A stretch of 64,000 bases of DNA from Macrostomum hystrix (GCA_950097015.1 CATNEN010000002.1:2728001-2792000); one strand, 5' to 3'. Counted from the stretch's first letter, positions 51,701 through 64,000 are shown. Numbers and translations: made by a program. The notes: a model not told the origin generated them from the letters alone.

Positions 51701-54700
51701 AGACACGAGAGTCAGTGGGTGAGAGACACGAGAGTCACTGGGTGAGAGACACGAGAGTCAGTGGGTGAGAGACATGAGAGTCACTGGGTGAGAGACACGA
51801 GAGTCAGTGGGTGAGAGACATGAGAGTCACTGGGTGAGAGACACGAGAGTCAGTGGGTGAGAGACACGAGAGTCAGTGGGTGAGAGACATGAGAGTCAGT
51901 GGGTGAGAGACATGAGAGTCACTGGGTGAGAGACACGAGAGTCAGTGGGTGAGAGACATGAGAGTCAGTGGGTGAGAGACACGAGAGTCACTGGGTGAGA
52001 GACATGAGAGTCAGTGGGTGAGAGACACGAGAGTCACTGGGTGAGAGACATGAGAGTCACTGGGTGAGAGACACGAGAGTCAGTGGGTGAGAGACATGAG
52101 AGTCAGTGGGTGAGAGACACGAGAGTCACTGGGTGAGAGACACGAGAGTCAGTGGGTGAGAGACACGAGAGTCACTGGGTGAGAGACACGAGAGTCACTG
52201 GGTGAGAGACACGAGAGTCAGTGGGTGAGAGACATGAGAGTCACTGGGTGAGAGACACGAGAGTCAGTGGGTGAGAGACACGAGAGTCACTGGGTGAGAG
52301 ACACGAGAGTCACTGGGTGAGAGACACGAGAGTCAGTGGGTGAGAGACACGAGAGTCAGTGGGTGAGAGACATGAGAGTCAGTGGGTGAGAGACACGACA
52401 GTCAGTGGGTGAGAGACACGAGAGTCACTGGGTGAGAGACACGAGAGTCAGTGGGTGAGAGACACGAGAGTCACTGGGTGAGAGACACGAGAGTCACTGG
52501 GTGAGAGACACGAGAGTCACTGGGTGAGAGACATGAGAGTCAGTGGGTGAGAGACACGAGAGTCAGTGGGTGAGAGACACGAGAGTCACTGGGTGAGAGA
52601 CACGAGAGTCAGTGGGTGAGAGACACGAGAGTCACTGGGTGAGAGACACGAGAGTCACTGGGTGAGAGACACGACAGTCAGTGGGTGAGAGACACGAGAG
52701 TCACTGGGTGAGAGACACGAGAGTCAGTGGGTGAGAGACACGACAGTCAGTGGGTGAAAGACACGACAGTCAGTGGGTGAGAGACACGAGAGTCTGTGGG
52801 TGAGAGACACGAGAGTTAGTGGGTGAGAGACACGAGAGTCACTGGGTGAGAGACACGAGAGTCACTGGGTGAGAGACACGAGAGTCACTGGGTGAGAGAC
52901 ACGAGAGTCACTGGGTGAGAGACACAACAGTCAGTGTGTGAGAGACACGAGAGTCACTGGGTGAGAGACACGAGAGTCAGTGGGTGAGAGACATGACAGT
53001 GGTTGAGAGACATGAGAGTCAGTGGGAGAGAGACACGAGAGTCACTGGGTGAGAGACACGAGAGTCACTGGGTGAGAGACACGAGAGTCACTGGGTGAGA
53101 GACACGAGAGTCACTGGGTGAGAGACACGAGAGTCAGTGGGTGAGAGACATGACAGTCAGTGGGTGAGAGACACGAGAGTCACTGGGTGAGAGACACGAG
53201 AGTCACTGGGTGAGAGACACGAGAGTCAGTGGGTGAGAGACATGACAGTGGTTGAGAGACATGAGAGTCAGTGGGAGAGAGACACGAGAGTCACTGGGTG
53301 AGAGACACGAGAGTCAGTGGGTGAGAGACACGAGAGTCACTGGGTGAGATACACGAGAGTCAGTGGGTGAGAGACATGAGAGTCAGTGGGTGAGAGACAT
53401 GAGAGTCAGTGGGTGAGAGACATGAAAGTCAGTGGGTGAGAGACATGAGAGTCAGTGGGTGAGAGACACGAGAGTCAGTGTGTGAGAGACACGACAGTCA
53501 GTGTGAGAGACACGACAGTCAGTGGGTGAGAGACACGAGAGTCACTGGGTGAGAGACACGAGAGTCAGTGGGTGAGAGACACGAGAGTCACTGGGTGAGA
53601 GACACGAGAGTCACTGGGTGAGAGACACGAGAGTCACTGGGTGAGAGACACGAGAGTCACTGGGTGAGAGACACGAGGGTCAGTGGGCTAAGGGTAGAAG
53701 GGAAAAAACAAAGGGTAAAAAACTTCTTCCCGAAGCTTCATCGATTCGAAATCCTTTGTCATTCTGAATTTGACAAGTGACAAGTTTGACAAGCACCCAC
53801 CTAGCCTAAACTATACTCATCGCAAAATATCCCTTACCTGGAGTAGTTTTTGAAGGCGCTGTTGTACCCGGAGTTGTTGTAGTTGCTCTTGCGGAATAAG
53901 AAAATATTAGGATTTTTTATCTATCTTTCACACCTTGTCAAGTGTGACTGCACAGTGCTCACCAAAAAGCAGCGAGACTTACGGAGCGGTTATTAAGAAT
54001 AATAGTACTTGCTAGAGTTCTGCAGGCAATGGCACATTTTTGGTGACACTAGACCTGCAGCCAGCGAGGAGGCAATTCTGCCCAATCTGCTGACTCCTGA
54101 GCACACGCACACACAGTTGTGTACATCTGCCCTGACTTTCTCATTGTCAGTGCAATGTACAATATACACAATATACACTGTGCTGTGGAGGTTGGCCCTC
54201 AAGGGCGCAAATTGCTCGACAACCCCCAAGTTTCAAAAATAGTACTTCGATAAATAAATATTTCGATAATTAATTTCGAAATAATAGGTTCAATTAACTG
54301 TAGAAGAAATAGATGCTTCTACAGCTACATTAACTGTATTCTTTTCACAATTATCAGTTAGAATTACAACAATTTATTGTGAGCTTCGTACATACTCGGA
54401 TCTGCACCTTCTTTAGCGTCCCGGTGGAGTCGTGGAAGGCCTATAAGAGCGCTTCTCCGTCACTTGGCCTCGTCAGGAAGCGAGCCTCGCCCTCAGCCAG
54501 CTTGGCGAGTCTCAAGACCCGCTCTGACGAGCAACAGAAGCAGCAGCAGCAGCAGCAGCAGCAAACAGCTGGGTCGAAGTCGATTAGCTTTGGCTGCCAG
54601 TTCGGCGTTTTTCATCGACGCAATAATACAAATAGTAGCAGTGACAATCATTGCAGTGGCCGCGGCGGCAGCGGCGGCAATGACCCACCGCAGAGGTATC

Positions 54701-55774
54701 ATTTTTGCCGTTGATTATGTCAACAGTGCATGATAACCTGCACCCATGCGCCCACCCCTCCTCCCTGACAACTGCACCGCGCCCGATCAAGGATAGAAGT
54801 CTGCACCCAACCCCCCTCCCTGACAACTGCACCGCCCCTCAAGGATACACCCCTCAAGGATAGTAGTCTGCACCCACCCCTCCTCCCTGACAACTGCCCC
54901 TCAAGGATAGTAGTCTGCACCCACCCCTCCTCCCTGACAACTGCCCCTCAAGGATAGTAGTCTGCACCCACCCCTCCTCCCTGACAACTGCTCCGCGCCC
55001 GATCAAGGATAGAAGTCTGCACCCACCCTCCTCCCAGACAACTGCACGGCCCCCCAAGGATAGAAGTCTACACCCACCCCTCCTCCCAGCCAACTGCACC
55101 GCCCCTCAAGGATAGAAGTCTGCACCAACCCCTCCTCCCTGACAACTCTACCGCCCCTCAAGGATAGAAGTCTGCACCAACCCCTCCTCCCTGACAACTC
55201 TACCGCCCCTCAAGGATAGAAGTCTGCACCCACCTCTCTTCACTGGCAGTTGCTGTGCTCACAATCTCACAGCTCACCGTTTCCAAATCTACCCCACCTT
55301 TTCAGTGGCAGCTCCGACTGCGAAGATGAAGATGATGACCTGGACGGGCAGATAAGTGACCTGGGCTTGCCGGACCAGACTGTTCTATGGCGCTCGCAGC
55401 CTCGACCACCGTGCAGCGCCCGGTTCTACGGTTTCACCTGGTTCGCGATGCAACTCAATGCTAAATTCGGGGTCGACCTCGAGTCTCTGCCACCAACTGA
55501 TAGCCGTCGCCTCCGCGCGGACATTCAATCGTTGGAGGTCGGCGATGCAGCTGGCTCACAGGCGCTTAAGATTCAGCTTGAGGAACAACAACGCCTTCGT
55601 CTGAAGTCTTCCATTGCGCTGACGCCTGACTCGAGTGCAGCCGGCGGTCTTTGGTTTCGACGCTGGCGAAATCCGCACACCGGACAGGACAATGACTGGT
55701 GCTTCACTGGCGAGTACTGGGCCAGGGACTGGTCGCGCTGCCCCCGCATCGGCGTGGACGCTGAGGTCTCTTAG
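45731..55774 (+). CDS. Oxysterol-binding-protein-related protein, ORP1/ORP2-like, ORD only, about 520 aa (exons 45731-45801, 47293-47368, 47462-47596, 48768-48865, 50146-50410, 50853-51022, 54417-54695, 55306-55774)
   Basis: All seven introns are phase-compatible; motifs [75 protein letters not shown](R)RLR.DI, LEEQQR. The first exon is less certain than the rest. Confidence 0.9.
45822..47221. repeat. 19/23-bp minisatellite (GATGGATTGTGATGAGGCG)n filling OSBP-like intron 1
   Basis: Tandem periodicity; explains ORFs 45783..47281. Confidence 0.95.
47998..48708. repeat. About 710-bp almost pure pyrimidine (CTCCYT)n tract in OSBP-like intron 3
   Basis: Seen directly. Confidence 0.95.
49275..49460. 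repeat. 14-bp repeat (GAGATTCGGGAAGA)n
   Basis: Seen directly. Confidence 0.85.
49855..50078. repeat. 11-bp repeat (GTCAGTGTCAR)n
   Basis: Seen directly. Confidence 0.9.
50453..50775. repeat. 14-bp repeat (GGGATCTGGGGATC)n
   Basis: Seen directly. Confidence 0.9.
51029..53685. repeat. 23-bp minisatellite (GGGTGAGAGACAYGAGAGTCAST)n, about 115 copies
   Basis: Tandem periodicity starting 6 nt after the exon-6 donor. Confidence 0.97.
54011..54237 (-). mobile_element. SINE family 1 copy, 5'-truncated
   Basis: Homologous to 32190-32432; candidate 10-bp TSD AATAGTACTT at 54001-10 and 54238-47. Confidence 0.75.
54737..55235. repeat. About 47-57-bp minisatellite (CCCCTCAAGGATAG.AGTCTGCACCCACCCCTCCTCCCTGACAACTG)n
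   Basis: Tandem periodicity in the last OSBP-like intron. Confidence 0.9.
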
Positions 55775-56264
55775 GAACCAACTTCACTGAAATTGAACGG
55801 GGCGAATATGCAAGTATTTTGTGCTGCAGAATATGTTGTGCGAGTGATTTTAAGTGCCATTTACCGTGCATTGTTTGGGTGTTTTCGAGCGCTTGCAAAA
55901 TGACATGAAATCTGCTCCTTGCGTCTCATTAACAGTAGAAAGACCACTGTGCTATTTCTAGTGCTCACAGTTTTCACAGTTTTCTCCTAAACTATTCAAC
56001 CATCGCCATGAAAATCCAGAACATGGTCAAAAACTCGTCTCTCTATCCGATGAAACAACTTCCAGAATCGCAAAACATCGGCATCGTCCAGATGTTCAAA
56101 GATTCAAAGACATGAACATGTTGACTATTATTGTTGACTAATGCAAGAATCACTGAATATCTTGAAGATGCAGACGTCATCGTAAAGAACGAAAAAATTT
56201 GATCCATCTGGAGGACTTTCACGAAAATCGGTCGTTTAGTTTGGCGATTTAGTCTGTGACAATT

Positions 56265-56423
56265 AATAATAATTAAAGATTGCAGGAGGGCTGCGGGCAA
56301 TGGCACATCATTTGGTGACACTAGACCCGCAGCCTGCGAGGAGGCAATTCTGCCCATTTCGCTGACTCCTGAGCACACACGCACGCACACAGATACTGTA
56401 CGCAGGCACACGCTCACACAGGT
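56265..56423 (-). mobile_element. SINE family 1 copy, 3' part only
   Basis: GGAGGGCTGCGGGCAATGGCACATC...GACACTAGACCCGCAGCC shared with the 32.2 and 54.0 kb copies; AAT tail. Confidence 0.75.
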
Positions 56424-59400
56424 CAAATATTTAGTGTTTTTTAATAAAGTTTTCCTAGATTTCTCGCACTTCATATTATGCTTCTGTTATTTTTTCGCTC
56501 ATGATCTTTTGATTCAACCATGTAATAAACAAAATAATTATTGGCACCTAATTGGCGTGCACATTGCAGTAATAATAATAATAATACTTCATTAATGCAA
56601 GCGTAGTGAATCAAGCTGTTTTAACTGATGATTTCTCAAAGCCTTTACGAGCAATTATTTTAACTTGCAGTCGTGAGTTTCTGCAATCTGAGACGATCCT
56701 GCTCATGGTCTATAAGCTGCAGTCTATAATAGATGATTCTCAGTTACAAAAACAATATATTGTCTGACTCTAAGAGTAAAACAATAATTACACAGAACCA
56801 CATTCATTCGAACTTTGTAATGACAGACGAAGGAGTTTTTTACATTCTGATCCAATGCGACCGGTAATTTCTTCTACGTCAACAGTGACTCATCAATGTT
56901 CCTCGTCGATCTTTTCTGATCACGGAAACGATGTTCCTACAAGGACCATGCAAAGTAGAATACTACAGTCATCCTTGGTTTCCCAAAGTGGCTACGAAGG
57001 CTACTTTCGGCGAGTCAACGAAAAACTGACACATACAATTGGGTTTAGTTCTACAAGTCACTGCAATGTCAAGGCCAGGACGCACCGCTATGTCGAGGGC
57101 CTGCTCGCCGATGCTGGTCTTGGCGAGCATCAGACTTGGACAAGAGCAATCGACAATTTCAGGAAGCTGGCTCTTCGGCGTGCCTTGTGACACTGTGAAC
57201 TTTCCTTTTCACAGTGTAATTTGTTGTTGTTGTCACTGCAAATAAACTTAAGATCGCAATATAATTGACATCAGTAAACGTAAAATCGTTATATTATTGA
57301 GACTGATGATGTTGAGACTACAATATACGAGCTAACATATACGAAAAGATAAAGTATGATATGAAAAGTGAGAAGTTAATTCAGGAAAACAATAATACTA
57401 CAATTTGAATTACACGTTCATATGCGAGGCTTTGCGGCGAATCACGAACACATAACGACGAATTGTCTTCCGCAATTGCATGTGTATTTAAAAGTGTGAC
57501 AATTGTAGGATGTGAGCCTCACGTGTGCGAATCGGCGTATAAGTAGAGTGAGCACCCTATGGCCTACCATACGGCAGAAAAAGTTTTTGTATGGCTAGAG
57601 GGCAATAAAGTGCGCTTTGCTGCTCCGCTTTTATAGCGTCGAAATGGTTTTTAGGCGCTTTAGGCCTATTTAATTCAAGGACCAATAGGAGTAGTCTAGT
57701 AGGCCTAGTGGTCCTTGATTTAATTACGCACGCTAGGCCTATTATATCATTCGAAAGAGCCTTCTAAGAAATGGTAATACAGCTTTCCATTTCTAGGCGC
57801 CCTATATTCTAGAGCTACAATAATTGGATTTGTTATTAATATAACTATTAGGCCTAGTAAAAAGGTGCCTGCATTGTCTATACCAGAACTCAAGCATACA
57901 ATATCTAAATTGTATTGGCTTATGAGAAGTTATGACTCTATATCTAGTGCGCACTATAAAATTGAGTAGGGGCTATACGCCTATAGAGGCATCAGATGAC
58001 TGACAATTATAGCTAGTGAGTATGAGTTATTCAATGCCTTGGTCTGGTTAGTCTGGGGCTAGGGCTGAATCTAAGGGCTAGTCAATATTTAAGTCGCAGT
58101 AAGGACACTCAGTAAAGTACTCATAGTTTCAATTTACAGTAAGAATAAAGAAAAAATAATATAATATCATTTTATAAATATTTTTTGAATCCTATATTTT
58201 ATAATATATATGTGTATTTTTTCAATTCTTGGGCTATTGCTAGACAAGGACCAATTAGGCCTACTATCACTGAATTTTATAATTGAAATATTGGGTACAG
58301 ATCAAATCATCATATTCTAAAATGTCATATGATGATGCTGATTTGTGCAAGTGTCACAATATTCAATTGAATATGACAATCTTGACCATTTGTTCGTTGC
58401 TCATTTTGATTATGAATGTGATTTGAATATTTGATGATGCATAGTTCAAACAATTAATTGATTTAAAGGCAGTTAAAAGTAAATGCAGATAAAAAAGCAT
58501 GGATAAAAGCTTTAGGTAGGCACAATCAACATACAAATGCAATATGCAAATATTGCAAATCATGACAATGCAATAGAAGGGCACATTTGAGTTACATGTG
58601 CATAGCTACATGCTGAACAAAATTTAGTGCACATGTTATGTAATGTGCAATGTACTTTTAGTGGCTCAAATGATATTATTTTTGTAGAGCCAAGTCAGAC
58701 AAGGCCAAAAATGCATGATTTGCTTTGCTTATATTTTCAACAACAAAGCTGTTTGCGGAGCCAATAAAAAACAATATGATGACTTCGTTAATGTCACATT
58801 GTCCAATGTGGACAATATGACAATTTAGATAATGCTGTTATTTTTTTTACAACCCTCATATGACAATTTCGACCAGAGCCGAAATATTTGTCTTGCAATT
58901 ACAAAGCTGATATACGAGTATGTGCTATGTGCAGTAGCTATGTACCTAACAAATAGAGAGTAAGGTACATTGTTGTTATTTTCTGGCTATAATCTGCTTA
59001 ACTTAGGCTTGCTCACATTAGGGCCTAGCTGCCCACCATTATAAAATAGCCTATTTAAATACTCAACATAGGCTTAGCTTAGGGCCTACTTTTGCTTGAT
59101 ACTTAAGGGGCAAGTGGGTCAGTGGCTAGTGTTACTACCTCACATTTCAATGGACACTAGTTTGATTCTCCCTTCAAGTCACGATTAATTTCGGGACTTG
59201 TTAGAGGGTTTGGACAGTAGCAATCAGCAGAGGTACACCATATTTTGTGCAATCAAAGCTTGAAATAATAGCTTCGCTCCTACCTTTCTGTGTGCCTGTT
59301 CTGCATTGTGTGAGTTGTGTGGGGTGGTTCCAGGAGGGGGCTGGGGGGGCAAGTGTACACCGCCACATGCTTTCTGGATTTCCATATCAGCAAGATTGGA

Positions 59401-60116
59401 TAAGTGTACACTCATCACCCGGCCCCCTGAGGACTGATTTCAAGTCAGCCTTCCGCCCCGGCTTGGTCTGCTTTGTGCGTGTGGGGCTGGGGTGGGGGGC
59501 ACTGCTGTCTATTCTGGGTGCCTCCTGCTTTCCCTGGCTGGTCTGTGCTGCTGTGTGGTGCCTGCTCAGGGGAGGTGGCAAAATGGGTGCTAAGTGTCTA
59601 GTTTGCCAGTCTGGGGGCATGCCACTCCGTTGCTTGTGCGACAAGTGCCCAGGGCCCCCTGCAAATCAATAGAAATAGATAGATGCTTGATGCTTATAGT
59701 AACAACTACATATGTCTATATACAATCCTTGCTATTTTATTATCTATATAGTTAATGGCCCAGGGCTACAATTAGTCCTAGACTAAGTAACTAGTCTAGG
59801 CCTAACTAGTCTCTGCCCATGTTTCTCCTCTACCCTCCTTTGGCTCTCATCACCCCTGCTCTGCCTCCTCGTGTTCACCTGCCCCACCCCTGCTCTTCTG
59901 CTCTTTTTGTCATTCATATGTTTGAACTGATTATCTTACACTACATAAATTTCCTTGCCCAATGCTTAAAAGCAAATGCATTTGCTGCAACATATTTTTC
60001 TGTTTAAAATAAGCAGCAATAAGCTTTTTGATTTGTGCTAGTATTAATTAATGTTGCATTTAAAGCATTGTATATTGAATTTTATTTAACCTTACTCCAT
60101 TCCAGAGTTATCTATA

Positions 60117-62913
60117 ATGAATCTGAAGATTGCTTTGGTTGTTCCTGTTTTGATGGCCATTTTGGCCTACCTGCTCTATGAGCCAGTGCCAAAATTTATT
60201 GAAGACAAATACTCTGTTGTAATGCAAATAGGTGTTGGAAAGCTATGCTCTTACTTTGTAAGTAAACAATTCGGAAACCTAATTATGGACTGTTTGTGTT
60301 AAATAGGAGTAATTATGTCAGTTCCTTTTTCTGCAGCTGGATACTGTTAACTTGGATTATAGCTTAGTGATTGGAGTGCCACATGGTTCGATTCCTGACT
60401 AATTCTCACAGAAGTTATTCAGTCCATGGACTGAACAGCCATGCTGTCGGCTGCACATCTGGTCTGATTAAAGCATGTTTATTTATTTTTATTATCATCT
60501 TTGTCACTAATTTGTGATTCTCTTATCGCAGGGGCACGCCATCTCCCTGACTGGTCTATGGGACGCTCCGCAGTTCTGGCTTCAGAGGCTGGCTGACGAC
60601 CTTCTGCTGTCGCCCTCCCTGCCAGCAAACAGCAGCCGTTTGTCTGTCTGGCAGACTCGCTTTGCAAACTCGCGCGCCCTTGTGTTCAAACCAAGCGGAG
60701 CTCGCCCTGGCGGCCCCGCACTGATTTGGATTCACGGCGGCGGCTGGGTCATGAGCTCACCGGAGACCTACTCAGGCTTCACTGCTCGATTCGCCGTGCA
60801 GACCAATATCACTGTGGTGTCCATCGAGTGAGCGCTGCATACTTTCTGCTGGGTTGTCTTCTGCATCCTTCTGGGCCTTTGTCTTCTTGAACTTCCGCAT
60901 TCGTCACTCAGGTCCTGTATCCTCAAGACCCTCAGGTCACCTCTCTTGAGGTCCTGTATCCTCATGACCCTCAGGTCACCTCTCTTGAGGTCCTGTATCC
61001 TCATGACCATCAGGTCACCTTTCTTGAGGTCCTGTATCCTCATGACCCTCAGGTCCCCTCTCTTGAGGTCCTGTATCCTCATGACCCTCAGGTCCCCTCT
61101 CTTGAGGTCCTGTATCCTCATGACCCTCAGGTCACCTCTCTTGAGGTCCTGTATCCTCATGACCATCAGGTCACCTCTCTTGAGGTCCTGTATCCTCATG
61201 ACCCTCAGGTCTCCTCTCTTGAGGTCCTGTATCCTCATGACCCTCAGGTCCCCTCTCTTGAGGTCCTGTATCCTCATGACCCTCAGGTCCCCTCTCTTGA
61301 GGTCCTGTATCCTCATGACCCTCAGGTCACCTCTCTTGAGGTCCTGTATCCTCATGACCCTCAGGTCCCCTCTCTTGAGGTCCTGTATCCTCATGACCCT
61401 CAGGTCCCCTCTCTTGAGGTCCTGTATCCTCATGACCCTCAGGTCCCCTCTCTTGAGGTCCTGTATCCTCATGACCCTCAGGTCACCTCTCTTGAGGTCC
61501 TGTATCCTCATGACCCTCAGGTCCCCTCTCTTGAGGTCCTGTATCCTCATGACCCTCAGGTCACCTCTCTTGAGGTCCTGTATCCTCATGACCATCAGGT
61601 CACCTTTCTTGAGGTCCTGTATCCTCATGACCCTCAGGTCACCTTTCTTGAGGTCCTGTATCCTCATGACCCTCAGGTCACGTTTCTTGAGGTCCTGTAT
61701 CCTCATGACCCTCAGGTCCCCTCTCTTGAGGTCCTGTATCCTCATGACCCTCCGGTCCCCTCTCTTGAGGTCCTGTTTTCTTATGACCCTCAGGTCACAT
61801 CTCTTGAGGTCCTGTATCCTCATGACCCTCCGGTCCCCTCTCTTGAGGTCCTGTATCCTCATGACCCTCAGGTCACCTCTCTTCAGGTCCTGAGGAACCT
61901 TTAGGTCTCCTGTCTTCAGATCCTGAGGAACTAAGGAACCCTCAGGTCTGTTTTCTTCAACCTTCAGGTCTCCTTTCTTTAGGTTCAGTTTCCTCATAAC
62001 CCTCAGGTCTCCTGTCTTCAGTTCCTGAGGAACCCCAAAGTCAGTCCTTCACCTTCAGGCTGACTTTCCTCTCTTCAGTGCCATGTCTTCTGCTCCTTCC
62101 GCAGCTACCGGCTGGCACCAGAGCATCAATTCCCAGCCGCTCTGGACGACTGTCTAGCCGCTGTTCGATCAATCATGGCCAACGCGTCAACTCTGGACGT
62201 TAATCCGCACCGAATTATGCTTGGTGGCGACAGTGCGGGCGGTCAGTTAGCCGCTTCGGTTACACAGATGATGGCGAACGCCAAGGAGCCGCTAACGCCG
62301 CGGCTTCAGATGCTAATCTATCCCATCACCCAGTTGGTGAATTTCCGAACTCAATCGCACAGGGAGAGCTATCGCTCGCCTCTTCTGACTGGCAGACAGG
62401 TGGCCGAGGCAGCCAGCCTTTATATCACTGGCCGGCTGGGGCACTGGCGCAGTATCCTTGGCAACGGGCATGTTAGTAAGGCCGTGAGGGCCGCTTATGC
62501 CAAGCGGGTGAGTGTCAACTCTTGAGTCCACAAATTCCTAATCCGCAATCACAAATCCTAAGAAAAACTTCCCCTCAAATGCGCAGCTGGGCGAGTCGAT
62601 GCCCACAGAGGCCAGTAACATTGACAACGGCCTAGCAACTAAGCTTGAGAAGTTGCTCATCGATCCGAGACTGTCGCCTCTCCTGGCGCCCAGTCTGGAC
62701 TCGCTGTACGTTCCGCCTGCCTACATTGTGGCCTGCCAGCACGACCCCCTGCGCAGCGATGCTTACCTGTACTACAAGCGATTGGAGAGATTCGGAGTTC
62801 GAGTCTATTATAAGTACTACCCGTGCTATCACAGCTGCCTCACCGGTGACCTAGACGCCAAGCAGATGGTGGACGATATGGTCATGTTTTTCAACAGCAA
62901 CGCGCTGCTGTGA
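60117..62913 (+). CDS. Arylacetamide deacetylase / NCEH1-like membrane-anchored carboxylesterase (HSL family), 388 aa (exons 60117-60257, 60532-60827, 62105-62507, 62587-62913)
   Basis: N-terminal TM anchor; HGGGW oxyanion motif; DYRLAPEH.FPAALDDC; GDSAGG nucleophile; LIYP; HDPLRSD (Asp); CYH (His); all introns GT-AG and phase-compatible. Confidence 0.93.
60358..60490 (+). mobile_element. Short tRNA-derived SINE (family 2) in esterase intron 1
   Basis: A box TAGCTTAGTGATTGG; B box GGTTCGATTCC; blocks CCATGGACTGA.CAGC and CATG.TGTCGGCT.CACATC.GG shared with 37.4-37.5 kb; (TTTA)n tail. Confidence 0.6.
60907..61895. repeat. 39-bp minisatellite (AGGTCCTGTATCCTCATGACCCTCAGGTCMCCTCTCTTG)n, about 25 copies, in esterase intron 2
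   Basis: Tandem periodicity; explains ORFs 60768..61997 and 60946..61893. Confidence 0.97.
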
Positions 62914-62997
62914 GGCTGTTTTGAGAAGTAGACTTAATAAGTACATAGAGGTACAATTATGATGATAAGTCGTGTAGGTTTGAGAAGTACGCTCAGG

Positions 62998-63500
62998 AGC
63001 TGAGAAGTAGACTGTTGGTTAAAAAGTAGACTGAGGTGATAGAAAGTAGACTATGGAACTGAGAAGTAGACGGGAACTGAGAAGTAGACGGGGGATCTCA
63101 GAAGTAGACAGGGGGATAAGAAGTAGACTAGAGAACTGAGAAGTAGACTAGAGAACTGAGAAGTAGACAGGGGAACTGAGAAGTAGACTGATGGGATGAG
63201 AAGTAGATTGGGGGTGAGAAGTAGACTGGGGGATGAGAAGTAGACTTGGGGGTGAGAAGTAGACTGAGGGGATGAGAAGTAGACTGGGGGATGAGAAGTA
63301 GACTGGGGGGATGATAAGTAGACACGGGAACTGAGAAGCAGACTTAGGGGATGAGAAGTAGACAGGGGAACTGAGAAGTAGACTTAGGGGATGAGAAGTA
63401 GATAGGGGAACTGAGAAGTAGACTGGGGAACTGAGAAGTAGACAGGGGAACTGAGAAGTAGACTGGAGAACTGAGAAGTAGACTGGAGAACTGAGAAGTA
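62998..63500. repeat. About 20-bp degenerate minisatellite (GAGAAGTAGACTGGGGAACT)n
   Basis: Tandem periodicity 3' of the esterase stop. Confidence 0.9.
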
Positions 63501-64000
63501 GGGTACGATAGGCTTGTATTATGAGGTGAATGTGAGTGGAATCAAAATTGGCCATTCTTGTGTGAAATGAAGTCAGATGGTGGAAAATGATAATTTTCGT
63601 ATTTGTGCATCGTGTTAATTTAATGTTGCCTTTACAACTGCTACTGTATTTTTTTATCCAAATTATTAGTTTTTACCACAGAATACTGTACAGTGTATTC
63701 TGTGGTTTTTACCTATTTAGAATGGAACATTTTGAGCACTTTGCATTGTAACGGTCGAGTTATTTCGACTAATTTTTATTCCTTCCATTCTGGAAACACT
63801 TCATTTATAACTTCACTATTTATTAACTTATTTCGCATCTTGCTACTAATTACTCGTAGTAGGCTGATTTGCGCATTATCGGTCCTGTATTTTTGTCCTT
63901 CATTTTTTCTACTGATCATGCAGTTGCCGCAGTGGGACGTGTCAAATTTCCCAATTTGCCCATTGCTGCATGATACTTTTAAGCGAGTATATTTTCATTG

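Noticed and set aside
59105-59175. Third tRNA-like head (TGGGTCAGTGG ... AGTTTGATTCT) and ORFs 59224..59672
   Set aside because: The boxes are degenerate, with no second copy, tail or TSD; the ORFs have no recognisable motif.

Overview
Animal (eukaryotic) genomic DNA with GT-AG spliceosomal introns and about 30 minisatellite arrays. The composition (AT-rich spacers, GC3-rich exons, minisatellite-filled introns) is reminiscent of the flatworm Macrostomum, but this is inference only. Genes reconstructed by hand from splice signals and reading phase: three class-A GPCRs (8.0-19.9 kb), a canonical CDC42 followed by a divergent tandem Cdc42-like paralogue (27.6-34.6 kb, minus), an ORD-only OSBP-related (ORP1/2-like) gene with 8 coding exons (45.7-55.8 kb) and an AADAC/NCEH1-type esterase (60.1-62.9 kb). 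Mobile elements: a TIR-complete but decayed Tc1, an IS630/Tc1 remnant, an internally deleted Merlin with TIRs and TSD, MITEs and two tRNA-derived SINE families. Most long entries in the ORF track are artefacts of stop-free repeat units. No CRISPR, rRNA or convincing tRNA gene was found. The most notable oddities are: an AT instead of GT donor in CDC42 intron 2; the Cdc42 paralogue with a TC10-like CCxxM tail and a different intron position; a foldback built from mirrored satellite blocks; a full-length SINE with a swapped tail; a GC-AG intron, about 115 decoy donors and a candidate antisense micro-exon in the OSBP gene; and local clusters of the palindrome TAGGCCTA. All coordinates and counts were read by eye.
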